Positions 1 through 12,649 of a stretch of DNA of 64,000 bases are shown here, one piece after another. Within the stretch, counting starts at the first letter, position 1. Each line of letters begins with the position of its first letter. The translations under genes and the position numbers were made by a program. The DNA comes from Phoronis australis. Lineage: Eukaryota; Animalia; Phoronida. Under the pieces are notes generated by a model, which was given only the letters and a program-made list of their open reading frames with translations, was not told the origin of the DNA and did not search any database. The stretch spans positions 150,505-214,504 of the forward strand of contig NMRA01000199.1 in the NCBI GenBank assembly GCA_002633005.1. Reading direction: 5' to 3'.

Positions 1-568
1 AATGCGGGTAGTTTGCTCAATGCAAGCAACTGGTCTCCAAGAAAGCCCACGGCAGGCATAAATAAAGTTAAATTGATTTATGATCTTAAGGCATACTAAA
101 CTAAAAATGCTACATACCACAGACATAAAATTAAAACAAAACTGCACACAGAGTAAACAAATAACACAATAAAAAAAATCCAAGAGTCAGACAAAATATC
201 AAACATAAATAAACAGAAGGTCACGGCAAACTATATTGAGAAACAATGACTTGGCAGACACACAGAAATTAGGTGAAACGTCTCACTTGGAAAAAGTATT
301 AGGATATAGTATGGAAAGAATTTTAAAACAATATGTGACACTGTGCCTCTTGTTGCAGAAAGACCTTTGTTATGTAGATGTTCAGAATTTAGAGACGAGA
401 CAGTAATTGGCACTACTTCTGGCCGAGTACTTGATGTGTGTGTTACTAATGCATGACAAATAACATGCCAGACCAGAGTGGAAACTTTGTACAAACTAGG
501 TAGTCACTTCAATTGAGAGCACAATCAGTTGTAAAAATTCTGTAGAATAATGACAATTCTTAACTCAC

Positions 569-727
569 CTCCTTCACAGAATTCATGAGCATTCGTATGT
601 TGTCTCTTGGTTTGACCAGAAAAGCTTCATTCTTATTGGTCAATAAGTAACTAATGACATCATTCATCTTTCGGCGGATGGTTTTCACACGCATGTTGTA
701 GTACATTTTCTTCTTAACAACAGTGCA
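569..727 (-). CDS. LRRC9: LRRC9 coding exon 6 (CTVVKKKMYYNMRVKTIRR...SVKE); gene continues beyond the window start
   Basis: tatag/gtgagt boundaries, 159 nt; KKxMYYNMRxKT motif of LRRC9. Confidence 0.92.
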
Positions 728-1283
728 CTATAAACAACACAAATTATGAATTACCCAACTAGTGACCGTCTGACAATCAATGGAAATTACTTCATTTCGT
801 CAATTTATACTTCCTGAGGCGTGGGCAAAATCTGAAAGTCACGTCAAACCTCAGCCTGTGATTGGTCAATTCTATAGCCAAGATTCAAGAAAAGCTTGGA
901 CATCCTGTCTTAATTACTAGCATTAGTATCTTCTATGTATTGGCCTGAACCCTGTTGAAAATATGTTCACTTGGTACTTCATTCACTGAACAAGTTTTTA
1001 TTAAGTATAGCGTGAATTCTGGAGAATAGGTGTATATATATTCTGGAGTATAGCGTGAATATCAATGTTTACTGCCACCAGATAGGCCAGGCCATTCACT
1101 CTCATAGCACGTCTCACAAGAACAAGAGATTCCTTCAATTACATGCAATGCAGTCCCAATTCATCTACTTTGATTTAAACCTATGAACAATTAATCCAGT
1201 TTTTAGTGAAACACATCCGACTCGTACTCCAATCCACTTCACTATTGTGACTTCTACATCCTAGTCGATGCAGGCACACTAAC

Positions 1284-1466
1284 CTCTGCTAAGTCTCTAA
1301 GAGATTTGCTAGACACATCGTAGAAGTCGAGTCTCTCTAGCATGGGTAAGTGGAACAGGACGTGCGTGGAATAATTGCACAGGTAACAAACAGGGTTCGG
1401 ACTGTAGTGCGGATCTTTAAGGCCCAAAACCTTGAGGTTTGGGAGACGCACCAGCTGAGTTATATC
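1284..1466 (-). CDS. LRRC9: LRRC9 coding exon 5 (DITQLVRLPNL...NPVCYLCNYSTHVLFHLP...RDLAE)
   Basis: cag/gttagt boundaries, 183 nt; LRR cap NPVCxLCNYSTHVLxHLP as in LRRC9. Confidence 0.95.
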
Positions 1467-1750
1467 CTGAAACAACCAATGTAAGATGACTCATAAACAA
1501 TGAACGTATGGTGTGTGACACATACTGAGTTCCTCAGTAATGAACTTTAATTTGAATATGAAAGTAGTTCTTTGTTTGTCATCAGCATAGACTGCATAAA
1601 TTACAGACCTTCTACAAGTCATTTGTTTACACAGTACCTTTTCCAGCCTCTGAAGAGGGAGGCTTCACAGTGCAAATTGATTTTGCATTCATATAACCAA
1701 TAAATATGTAAATTTTGCTTTATTGCATTAAAGTCTGACTACAAACTAGT

Positions 1751-1822
1751 TTATTTATTTTATTCATGTAATATTTACAATGAGGGTAGTCCCACCAGTT
1801 CACACTGCTTTCCATGGGGGCC
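1751..1822 (-). mobile_element. 5'-truncated non-LTR retroposon 3' end with target-site duplication, in an LRRC9 intron
   Basis: Direct repeat caaactagt at 1742-1750 and 1823-1831; (TAAA)-like tail on the minus strand; ~60 bp near-identical to 39092-39151. Confidence 0.75.
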
Positions 1823-1920
1823 CAAACTAGTCTAACTTATTACCTGGTTCCCTAGGAATAATAAACTTTAAGTTACCTCTATTTTTGAAGAATTCATATT
1901 AATTCATCTGTTAAGCCTCA

Positions 1921-2094
<174 letters not shown>

Positions 2095-2115
2095 CTAAAA
2101 TCAAACAAAGGATAA

Positions 2116-2273
2116 TGTTCCAGTACAATGAGCAGTGGTGTGGGTTATGTTCCAGTACAATGAGCAGTAGTGTGGTAATGTTCCAGTACAATGAGCAGTA
2201 GTGTGGGTTATGTTCCAGTACAATGAGCAGTAGTGTGGGTTATGTTCCAGTACAATGAGCAGTGGTGTGGGTT
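2116..2273. repeat. Minisatellite, ~5 x 32 bp (tgttccagtacaatgagcagtRgtgtgggtta)
   Basis: Directly visible tandem units just upstream of the LRRC9 exon 4 acceptor. Confidence 0.95.
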
Positions 2274-2583
2274 CATGCCAACAATATACAGGACATAGAA
2301 TGCATGCATTGTAAAAAGCAAATAAACTCTGAGACTCAGTCTCAGCGTATGAGTTACAATCTAGCACTCAGTAATACCAACCAATATAGCTACAGCATGT
2401 TTACACTGAACTTAAATCTAAGTAGTCAGCATGATTGTGGTTTATGGTTGAAGGCATACATACAATTCAGATTTAATGAATGCTGATGAGTCTAAACTTA
2501 AGCTGCAGCATGTAAAGACTGCAACGAGTGAAAATGTGATTATCCTTCACCACTAGAACAAATCCTCCATCAGTCATACATAC

Positions 2584-2724
2584 CTCAATGTTGGTAATGT
2601 TGTTATCATCCAACCACAGCACTTCCAGTTGCACCAATTTCTCTAGGTTTTTGATCTGGCTGATTTGATTAGAAAACAGGTATAAACGGCGCAAACGAGA
2701 GTTGTAGTCCAAACCTTCGATATC
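2584..2724 (-). CDS. LRRC9: LRRC9 coding exon 3 (DIEGLDYNSRLRRLYLFSNQISQIKNLEKLVQLEVLWLDDNNITNIE)
   Basis: cag/gtatgt boundaries, 141 nt; SDS22-type LRRs. Confidence 0.93.
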
Positions 2725-3065
2725 CTGGAAAAAAACAGGGTTTTGACAGCATACTGAACAGGAAACTGCTATTACTCAGTAAATGCTGATTTGCAAATCA
2801 ATTCAAATTTATGCAAAATCAAGTGAATGCCCTACAGCACCAGCACTAGCTCCAACACATTTTACAAAATTAAAGGACACATTTTCTGGACAACAAGGTC
2901 AAATACAAAGCTGGCATTTTATTGCGTGCAAGCAATTTTAATAGAAATTTTAACTAGAACATATAATAATTATCTGAAACTTCAGGTCATGGAACACAAA
3001 GCAGATTGCAGTGAACCGAAAACTGCAAAGAGACAAAGGACCAACTTAACATAATAACACCAAAC

Positions 3066-3287
3066 CTTAATTTGGCATTCACAAAGCCACAGTTCAGTCA
3101 GCATGGAGCAGCAATTGAGGGCCTCAATCTTGTCAACTGCCTGACCAATCACGCGCAACGTGTGAAGGCTGGGAAACAGGTCTAACCCAATCAGCTGTGG
3201 GTAGCCAGAGAAGAACATCTCTAGTGATGTGACTGTTCCAGCACAACCACTCAACACCTGGTCATAGTTCAAGCCATTCGTGACGCA
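3066..3287 (-). CDS. LRRC9: LRRC9 coding exon 2 (CVTNGLNYDQ...LEMFFSGYPQLIGLDLFPSL...LWLCECQIK)
   Basis: ag/gt boundaries, 222 nt, phase 0; LEMFFxGYP signature of LRRC9 plus leucine-rich repeats. Confidence 0.93.
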
Positions 3288-4338
3288 CTACAAAAAGAAT
3301 GGTTGCACATAACACTGACAAGGGCTCAATAATTGAGAAAGCTTTTAACAAGTTTTTCATATTTAATCGAATGTTTTCAGAACTTAACTCTTTTTTAGTA
3401 TACATTCTGAAAGTTGAAAGTCTATGGAATTTCATTTTTGACTTTATACCAATTTGCCATTAATTCAGTAATGTGACCATTGTGTTTTTAGTAAAATTTA
3501 ACAACAGAAAAAGGTATATTCATACTAGGAAACCAGTGTTATCAAGAGCATGGAAAAAATTCATTTGAATGTTCGAGATCAAATTTCAAAAATGTTGCTA
3601 CAGTTGTCTAAATTGTTATTTTGTTTTTATTGGGAAGTAACTTCAGGATAAAATTATGAGATGAAAAATTAACCTATAAAAAACCCAGAGAGTACAGGGT
3701 ACAAGGTATACACTATCTAGAAGTCAAGAAACGTGTCAGACAAGTACAAGAAAAGAATAGTTAGTTCTGGTTTATACCACCACTCATTTCGAGACCTGTG
3801 CTCACCGAATAAAAAAACACCCACTAGCATGAGTTTCAGCCAAGGTCTCGTGTTTTCTTCAACAGCAGCAGAACAGCATGTATGCAGGGTTTGAAACATA
3901 ATTTGCTATGTGATGAGTAAACAAAAATAATGCTTCATTTATGGTCGTCTCACGTGGATTTTTTTTTCTGAGAAAGAAAGAGACTAAAAAATACTGCACC
4001 ACCCTCTCCATTTTCTAAAAATACAAACCAGAACCAATAGATGTTTTTTGGTCTAATGTTCAAATTGCAAATGTGTGCTGGACAGGAGAAATGGCTATAC
4101 AAGACTGAAGGCACCAGCAAGTTAGAACTAAAACCAAACTAATAGGAGTACAGAAAAGCACTGCAGCTTTGAAATTTTTATTTGACAGGCATGCCATGAA
4201 GTTTGTTTCTGATTTTTAAGCATTTAACTACAACTTTCAAGAAAAATCTGACTAAGTGCAACATATCTGCTAGTCAAAATGTATCAGTAGCAAAATCTGT
4301 GACCCTTCAGGTTCACATAAGACAGAAAGAATATTTAC

Positions 4339-4416
4339 CAACTCCCGAATGACATCTTCTTGTTCCGTTCTCCCAAGACCCTTGATCTTCTGGGCCACAT
4401 CAATATCTTGTGTCAT
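4339..4416 (-). CDS. LRRC9: LRRC9 coding exon 1 (MTQDIDVAQKIKGLGRTEQEDVIREL)
   Basis: ATG at 4416 with an in-frame upstream TAA; ends TTG|gtaaat in phase 0; QEDVIREL|C matches the recalled LRRC9 N-terminus QEEIIKELC; acceptor ttttaaag before 4456. Confidence 0.85.
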
Positions 4417-5759
4417 GGTGATCGCTTATCTGGAAGCCTCTTGGTATGGGATGGATCTTTAAAATGAATTAATTGACAATCAAACAACATGCAACAAGTG
4501 CTTATTTTGTGGACCTTAGGTAGACGCTTTTATGCATAACTGCATAACAAAGGACCTCACACTCTGCAATGTTTTGTTCGAGATTAGACATCTTCTCTAT
4601 GATGTCTGAGAAAAACATTCTTGATCTCCGTATTTGCTACCACAATGTATGGAGTAAATTCCACTCACCATCAACAGGTTTCTGAGGCAAGTACTGATCC
4701 AAACCTTCACTGTTTAAGGATGCTTTTAAGTGAGTTTTTTCACTTTCCTTTTTGAGAGATGCGGGTCATGTGGTAATAAAAGCCAAGTTGATGAATGTCT
4801 TCAGTTTTTGTTGCTACGATCCAATACCTCACAGGGCTCTACATAAGCGAGTGAACGCTTGAAAATACAAGTAGAAAAAGTAAAATACAAGTAGAAAATT
4901 AAATTGACCTTACTTGTATTATTCAAACAGCCACAGAGGGACTGTTTGGCATTTTTAGTTGCCAATTTTACTGCCCCAAATCCAGAAATACGAGTGCAGA
5001 ATACGCCATCACTCGTATTTGCAAGCGGGTATTTTCGCCTGTGTTTCACTGCCTCATAAGAATTGGTTCAAGCACGTAACGGTTAGATTCTCAAAGTACC
5101 TAAGTGTACCAGTTAAGAATAGACAATACTTTGGAATTGCCCATTTGAATACATTACATACCAGGTTTATATTAATGAAACAAAACTTAGAAGTTATATA
5201 CCAATTAAAGCAGAACACAGTTTGTACCCAGGCCGAGTCAATAGCAAGGGTGCTAATTAAATCTACATTAATACCACATGCAATGGAGAGTTTTTCACAA
5301 AACAGCAAGATAAGATGAAATAGTATTTTCTTTATAACTAGGATTCATGATGGACCCTAAATAATGAGGACATTTGTGCATTTTAATAGTACTCATTCAA
5401 TGACAATGACTGTGTCAGTGAATTTCAAATTTAATTTGGCAACTGGCCAAGACCGCCAATGGCAAATTGGTCCCTTTCAATTATAATCTACCAGTGCTCA
5501 TAGCGACATTTCTACAATTTTAATACAATGCCTATGAAATGGTCTCTCATAACTCGCTAAATCAAGTTTTTAGCCAATGACAATGTCACTCTGCCGCTGT
5601 CAGGAAAGTATGGCGGAAAGTCAAGACTACGCTTGGGACAAGTTTGAGAACCGTTTGCGGCCATTGTTCCCACCAGCTACGAACACATTGTTAACTAGGA
5701 AATTCTGGAAGTATAATGCAGCAAAGAAAAAAGAATAAATCATTTTCTATTACAGTCAC

Positions 5760-5930
5760 CTTCAAGGACACATCAATCCATTCGTGTTCTCTGCCTTCTA
5801 CTCTTGTTGACATCTGTGGGCCGCCATATTAAAATAAATCCTTTACCGATTATTGGTCAAGAGCAAAATGCTTGGTTACCTCACCTGGTGAGCAATTTAG
5901 AAACCAATCTGCGCCCTCTATAGGACTGTG
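5760..5930 (-). promoter_or_regulatory. Probable LRRC9 promoter and non-coding first exon
   Basis: Donor AAG|gtgact at 5760/5759; YY1-like AATATGGCGGC at ~5820-5830; CCAAT boxes near 5853 and 5904; CTCF-like motif at 5911-5924. Confidence 0.5.
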
Positions 5931-7742
5931 TACGAGTTTCAAAGCCTGGGGGACGGGTATGATTGCCAACTATAGTGCGCTAAAACCGCTACAATTTCAT
6001 CGCTTTGTCTTAAATAATAAGAAATGTAGAGCAGCTGATTATGGAGACTAGTACTCCTTTGCGAAAATGATCACAACTAATGTGAGTGTAAACTGAAAGT
6101 TCGTACTACCGTTCAGACCACCCGCCGCATTGACTTGCCTGAAGACGTTAACCCCTCTCTACGGTCTCTGCTTGCCTGTAGCAGATGAATCATGCATTAA
6201 ATGCCAAACCCAAAAATTAAATCGAAAAAGGACATACCTTCGACTAGTCCTAACGTGGTCCTAAAATGGTCCGGGCCATGTGGGTCTAGTGTCAGTTCAC
6301 CGAGTCATGTTCAAGTTTGATACCCGAACGTGCCAAATCGCAACAAAAGAGAGTATTCTTAGTACAATGAATAAATAGGCATCAAAACCAGTATTCAAAC
6401 AATTTAGGAATTGCCCTAGATCACCATACTACTGGTAGAGCCTTAAAACTGTGCCTGCATGCTTGATACTGATCTTGCAGTGCGGCGTACTATTTAATTA
6501 GTCAGTTTTCTTGTTAACATTTCATTGATTTTACTTTAAAATGTAAATTTATAACGTATTGCTTATCTTGTCATGAAATGCATCATGACTCTCAGTATCA
6601 TGCTCACTTGTGTACTGTTGTGGAAAACACTGGAAAAGAATTCCCGTCGTCAAAATTGTGACTGTTGGCAACTAATGACTCGATCGGGCAAAACTGAGCC
6701 CCGCCTCCGGCGTCCGACTCGTCCTCTCCGCTACACCATCTGGGGGCAGTCTTTCTGGATTCACCCAAGCATAGGAACATTTACAATTTTCGGAGTCAAT
6801 GCCATATCAGTAACATGATTTTTATAGTTGATTTTTTTCAGTGTGTTTAATACCACGCAACACGTACAGTAGGCATATGTTCCAATCCATTGGCCACTTT
6901 CGTGACACTCGTTAAAATGTCTCAGTAAATGATTGCTTTCTAAACCTTTTTTAAACATTTCAGTTATCAACACTTAAGCAATCTCTCACAAAAAGTTTCA
7001 AGTTTTAAGTTTGTTCACCTGCCTGTCCGTTACAGTTCGCGCAAAGGCTGCGGTATCTTCCAAACTACGTTTAGGTACACCACGTCCTGTAATTGTGACT
7101 GTTTGGCGGCCAGAGCCGTGTTTGTGAGTCGTTGAATTGGGGAACTTGTAATGTGCGGCAGTAACAACGGCGTTGTTCTCACTTGTCCGTCGTGTAGGGC
7201 AGCTAGCTGAGGATAAGATCCGTAGACGCAAGTGACTTGCGCCGACTGAAGCTAGTGTGGTAACGTACTTCGCTTGCAGTGCAAGGTGATATCTCACGAA
7301 AAATTGTGTATGGTGTCTCGAATGTTTTGCCCTTACGTGAAATTGTGTGTTTCTCCAACGGAAGATCTTCGCGGAAAACGCAAGACTTCGCGACTATCGT
7401 CAAGCATTACATTTAAAGCACATGACTACCCGAGCCTTGGGTATTTTCTGGGAGCGATATTGGTTCTAGGGTATTTTCCACTGCCACGCTTTGTAATGTG
7501 GTCTTCAGGCGATCTTGATTGATTTTTGGCACCTCAGTGACGAAAATAATGTGCCACAAAAGTCCTTCAGTAGATTGTGTTCCTTGTCAGTACCCAGAAT
7601 ATGAATCCATTGTGTGTAGACTTGGAACAAGGGGAATACATGTATATGTATGTGATGCATGTTGGCCGATAAGGAGCTTTTCATTACAGCTTGGCAGAAA
7701 AAAAAACATTGACGTCATGTAATGCGCGCCCCAGGAGGTACA

Positions 7743-7785
7743 ATGAGAAACGATGCCATATCACTGATATGACATCGTTTCTCAT
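7743..7785. repeat. 43-bp near-perfect palindrome
   Basis: atgagaaacgatgccatatca-c-tgatatgacatcgtttctcat; 21-bp arms with 1 mismatch. Confidence 0.9.
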
Positions 7786-7971
7786 GTCGGAAGCTGTAAT
7801 GCCAAATCAAACTACCGTATAATCAGCTTCAAACGTGTGATGATCGTGTCTAAGTATGCCACATGAAAGTGAGCATATGTACACTGCATGAAGAGAAAAG
7901 AATGTTTCAAAATGTAATCAAAAAACACATAATGTCATAAAAGCGCTACAGAGTGCAGCGAAATACCCGTT

Positions 7972-7977
7972 TTTATT
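7972..7977 (-). terminator. Candidate polyadenylation signal (AATAAA) of the multi-Kazal gene
   Basis: AATAAA on the minus strand ~40 nt after the stop codon at 8017. Confidence 0.5.
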
Positions 7978-8016
7978 CTAAATTACTTGTAGGTTAATTA
8001 CAACGGACCATTTTGT

Positions 8017-8089
8017 CTATTCAATGACAGTTGGACAACGGCTTTGCTGAAGCCCAGGTGTTTTGCAACTGGCCTGAGCAAAGTGACAC
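8017..8089 (-). CDS. Multi-Kazal-like protein terminal exon 9 (CHFAQASCKTPGLQQSRCPTVIE*)
   Basis: cctttcag acceptor, phase 2; supplies C4-C6 of domain 7, then TAG and a nearby AATAAA. Confidence 0.88.
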
Positions 8090-8282
8090 CTGAAAGGAAA
8101 CAAAAAAATAACATATGAATGAGAAATGATTGTGACATTACATTATGATCGGTAATATAAATAAAATGGTTAATAGTTAGGTAGGTTTATTGCTATAGAC
8201 GGGTAATATACTGCACTACCGAGTATCCATGGAGATTGAAGATTTCACAAATGATGTTGCTCGTTGTTGTTTCATTAAGTGA

Positions 8283-8467
8283 CATAGGCGGATTTAGGGA
8301 GGGGCCTAGGGGGCCCGCCCCCCCCTTGGCTGCCGCAAAAAAAATAAAACAGCAAGAGCGTAGGGACGAAATGTTGAGTTTATTAATTAACCCAGGTAAA
8401 TTATACGGATGAAACAAGATTTGACTGTGTGCAGTTTTAGTGTTTGAGAGGGGGGGGCTCAGATCCA
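8283..8467. mobile_element. Probable MITE remnant (CATAGGCGGATTTAGG...CCCCCCC-type end)
   Basis: GC-rich end cataggcggatttagggaggggcc...gcccccccc, typical of small non-autonomous DNA elements; the other terminus is unclear. Confidence 0.4.
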
Positions 8468-9618
8468 ATTTCAAGTGTCAAATTCGGAACACAGCGCATT
8501 CGTAACGGAACTATGGCTAAGTATAGGCTCTCCCGCGATATCCCAGGCGACCGGCAGTGGCGCTGCGCACTACGACCCCGTTTCCGTCGTCTGCTCCACT
8601 GTGCTATGAAGAAAATTTACTTCATTGTTTAAAGAAAATGGAACCTGAGTGACGATGAAAAAACAGAAGCTGTTGGTAAGATGTGAATTATAATCGAAGC
8701 CTTAGTGAATCACTCAGAAACTCATAATTCTCTCTTTGTCAAACCTTAACTTAAGACGATTTCCAAAGCAATCCCGTCATTATTGCCAACACGAAAAACG
8801 GATTTGGTCTTTTGGGCATTTGAAGACTATTTTAAATACAATAAATTTGTTAAGAACCGATTGCACAAAATATAAAACATGTAATAAGGATTACAAAGGG
8901 AAGTAGGTTTCGCGCGCAAACGCTGTGGACCGTAAACAAGTAGGTCTCTTAGAAACAGATTACTAGTTAAATCGTGGTGGTGTAGTGGTTAAGCATGAAC
9001 CTGTCGACATTTTAGCATTTTCCCTAAGTTTCATGTATCCTCAAATGGAGAGCATTGATAATGCAAGGATTGCGACGAACGAACATTTACCGAAAGGTGA
9101 TAAGCACTTGTTTTCAGCTTGGTAATCCACATGATTAGTTGTTAAACAACACTTATCCAATTAATAGAGCACGTTTCACGGTAAAAGCCAAATTAGAATG
9201 CCTCATAAGTGATATCAAATTATATATATAATTACAAGTCACTGAAATCACACCAGGGTAAATTTTTTAGACGTAAGAATCTCGATCGCGTGAAATACGT
9301 ATCTGATATCTCGCGAAGTCTTGCGTGTTCTCGTGTTTCCGCAAGATTCGCTACCTAATGCAGATCTCAGACCAGTTTATATGAGGTTAAGAAATACACA
9401 TTTAATGATGCATCTTGTGCGGAAAGTCCTGAGAATTCTCTGACATTTAACTACAATGTTCAATACTCCCTTTCAGGACGCAAGGGGATTTTTCTCAGAG
9501 TTTGTAAATAATCACATAAAGCAGCATTGAAGCTAATATTTTACATCTAGCGCAACATGAGCAATTGAACTCATTTTGATTAGCAGTCTGAAAGTGTAAT
9601 ACACAAATAGTACCGTAC

Positions 9619-9807
9619 CGGTTCTTATAAACTTTGCCGTGCTGGTCACATGTTTTACCGAATCCATAGCGACTGCAGTCCAGTGTCTCGTAATAGCGAC
9701 AGTATGCGGTTTTGGGTACAGGGGTGGTTTTTCCGTCACCCGAGCCTTCTGGGCAACGTTTTCTGACCAAGGACGGGTCTTCGCACTGAGCCTTTATAAA
9801 TACACAC
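9619..9807 (-). CDS. Multi-Kazal-like protein exon 8 (CVFIKAQC...CPEGSGDG...YCRYYETLDCSRYGFGKTCDQHGKVYKN)
   Basis: tgcag/gtacgg boundaries, 189 nt, phase 2-2. Confidence 0.9.
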
Positions 9808-10064
9808 CTGCATGTATAAAAATAGTTATTACACAGAATACGGGAAAGTTGGGTAAAGCAACTTCAGTTCGTGTCATCATTTCAACTCTGTATTTGTTTA
9901 AATCGTAATACGCTTCCCAAATTAAAATTCAAGAGACCCAAATCTATTAATTAGTTGCTTTATACTGTCGGTTTCCATTCAAAGTTCTCAAATCACATGA
10001 CGTCACTTTTTATGTCATTTTAGTAATCTGATTCGAACTTAAAAGGACTGGAACAACGGGGTAC

Positions 10065-10268
10065 CAATTGTCGTATTCATTTCCCTTCGAATCGCAGACG
10101 ATGCGTGTTGGACCGGTTCCGATACCCTTGCACGACATCGTTCTTTCGTAGTAAGCACAGTGAACTGGTTTGGTCGTGGCGGGACTAGCTGTAGAGAATT
10201 GTACTGGATTTCTGCAATACGTTCTTGTGATCGAAGTGTCATTACACTTAGCTTGCTGATATTCGCAA
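10065..10268 (-). CDS. Multi-Kazal-like protein exon 7 (CEYQQAKCNDTSITRTYC...HCAYYERTMSCKGIGTGPTRIVCDSKGNEYDN)
   Basis: Manual translation (the ORF track shows another frame); ttttcag/gtaccc boundaries, 204 nt, phase 2-2. Confidence 0.9.
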
Positions 10269-10658
10269 CTGAAAACAAGAAAAACAGATTAGGCGAACTT
10301 ACCCCCAGCTTCAAATCTCTTCTCGATTACTATTATTACAAAATGATGCTGAAAGACAGGGTTATTACACAAATATTCGACGACCTTTATCCAAAACATA
10401 GCACATTGGTATGAACGTACACACGTATTAAAGCAATTAACAAACTGATACGTCAATAGGCAGCCATTGAGTCAGTAGTTCAAACATTCAAACAAGCCAA
10501 TGCTGTTTAAGCATTCATTACAATTCTCAAAAGGAATACTAAATTTCAGGCTCGCATAGATTTTAGGACACCTCGTCTCTATTCCTGATATTTCTTTTTT
10601 CCACCATTTTCCATGTCTCTTTCCTCTCCGTCATTTTCGAATTGTTTTTTACACTTAC

Positions 10659-10838
10659 CTGTTCTTGTAAACATTTCCGTTGGTGTCACAGATCTTAGCT
10701 GGTCTTGCACGAGTACAATCCATTGTCAAATAGTAGTCACATATGTTCCAAGGTTTTCTAGTGGTAACGTATTGCACTGGGCACCTTACTCTGACCACGC
10801 TACTGTCGTTGCAGTACCTGGCCCTTTGGAACTCACAG
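10659..10838 (-). CDS. Multi-Kazal-like protein exon 6 (CEFQRARYCNDSSVVRVRC...ICDYYLTMDCTRARPAKICDTNGNVYKN)
   Basis: Manual translation (absent from the ORF track); tatag/gtaagt boundaries, 180 nt, phase 2-2. Confidence 0.9.
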
Positions 10839-12649
10839 CTATAATGAAAAACAGAGCTGGTTCACTGCATAAGCGCTGTACAAAACAGCAGAAAGCAACG
10901 GTCTCTGTTATGCAAAGCGCTGATTAACGTCCACAAGCGCAATTGTACCAGCGAAGGTTCACATCGTGCCATTGCCTTTCTTTACGGTAAGTTACTTTGG
11001 CTTTGGAACTACCAACTGCATACGCCACAAAAGTGGCATACAGTGCAGATCGTCAGTGTGCATACTGGCAGTAAGATATCTACGTGGGCAAGGGTCTCGA
11101 CGAAGAAGGCCCAGTTATCCACAAGGACGAACTCGTACTAAGAATATTTTGATATTAAACAGGAAAAGGTTACAACTTAAATGGTCACTAAACTATGTTT
11201 TGATGATTTCCACCAACTGCTAATGCGTCATTGATGTCAACCTTCCAAGTTATAGGCAGGAATCAACTAAAAACCCCTACTCTCTACGTCACAGATTGGA
11301 CATGATTATGGTCCTTGGTGGGTGGTCTTTTCCCTTTGTTGCCGTGTAGTATTCGCTAAAAGTGTAGGACACGCTTGCCCGTTTAGCTGACTTTGAAAAG
11401 GGTTTTGAAATTTTCCTCCAAACCTTTGATGGCTGTTGAGGGTTACACGGCATTATTTTTTCATACAACACAATGGGAACGTCGTTTTTAGTATCTAAAA
11501 CGGAGTTTGGTATCCTTTTAACATGATGTGTGCCAGAGTGACGATTGATTATACGTGTGTCCTCTGAGAATGTCCAACGAGGGACATCTTAATTTTGAAT
11601 CGGATAGTTAACTTAAAACGTGGCATTTTTGACACTTTGCTGGAAAAGAGTGAAAATTGATTCCTTAGTCAGTGGTCTCTGGAACTGCGCAATTTCACTG
11701 AAAACAGGAAAACAATGACAGGACCCTGCAATCAGGTGTCCTGACACGGAATAAAACATTGTCGTAGACCTCTCCTGGAACGTTTTCTTAAGGTTATGCA
11801 CACTAGAAAAATATTAAAAATTGGCCAACTTCGAAACATATCTCAAGAATAGGTGATCAGATTCATATTACACGTTTAGATGCTATGCTTACTGTTATTG
11901 GAAACGCTGACAGGAATTATTTTTAAAGTGTTCTACTTTTGTTTGAAGGGCTATCAAGAAACATAACTCTTATGACTGATTTTTAAGAAAAATTCAAAAG
12001 CTGTATAAGGCAAAAACGAAATGATAATTTTGAAAAATGTAACAAAGTTTTTGAGACTTTATCATGAACACTAATATAAAACGAAATTTGGTCACATTGT
12101 TGATATCGTTGTAAGTTCTGTTTTAAGTACTTTCCTTTTTGTTAAGCGAATTTGGTATTTATGTAGATAAGAGTATGGTACTTTTTGACAATCAGTAAGT
12201 CCCTAATTCGTTTCTTTTGCTGCATTTCGATTTCAATCTACGGGAAGTTCCAAAAAATTATCCTCGATGTTTGAATGCAACAGGGGAAAACATTCTCCAG
12301 ATTTTTTTTTAGTTAAATAGTCTGAAAATAAAATCCTCTCAAAAATCAAAATTCCTCAAAAGGGAAGTGACTAATGATAAATGTCCGTTTTCAAGTGCGT
12401 CCACTGAGACCATACACGTTACAAAATTTAAATCTGGGTCCGGGGTGTCATGGGTTCCCAAAAGTGTATACCCGGCACTGACTGTACACAAATTGAGAAG
12501 ACAAATCAAATCAGCGCCAATGACGTTTCAAAAGTGAGTTTTCGACATCATTAAAATGTTTGAGACAAAGTTTCTTGTAAGACACAGTGTCCTAGAAGTG
12601 ATGGACTGTGTTAGTGTTGGAAACATCTGCAAAGCAACACACTGCCATA

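Noticed and set aside
7060-7400. RLGTPRPVIV and EDL snippets resembling LINE ORF1
   Set aside because: Too short and discontinuous to support a call without a search
8973-9050. tRNA/SINE A-box-like tggtgtagtggttaag
   Set aside because: No B box or cloverleaf follows
11280-11471. Possible extra or decayed Kazal exon (FSEYY..., PICDVE in another frame)
   Set aside because: Cysteine pattern absent, fragments lie in different frames, no phase 2-2 splice sites
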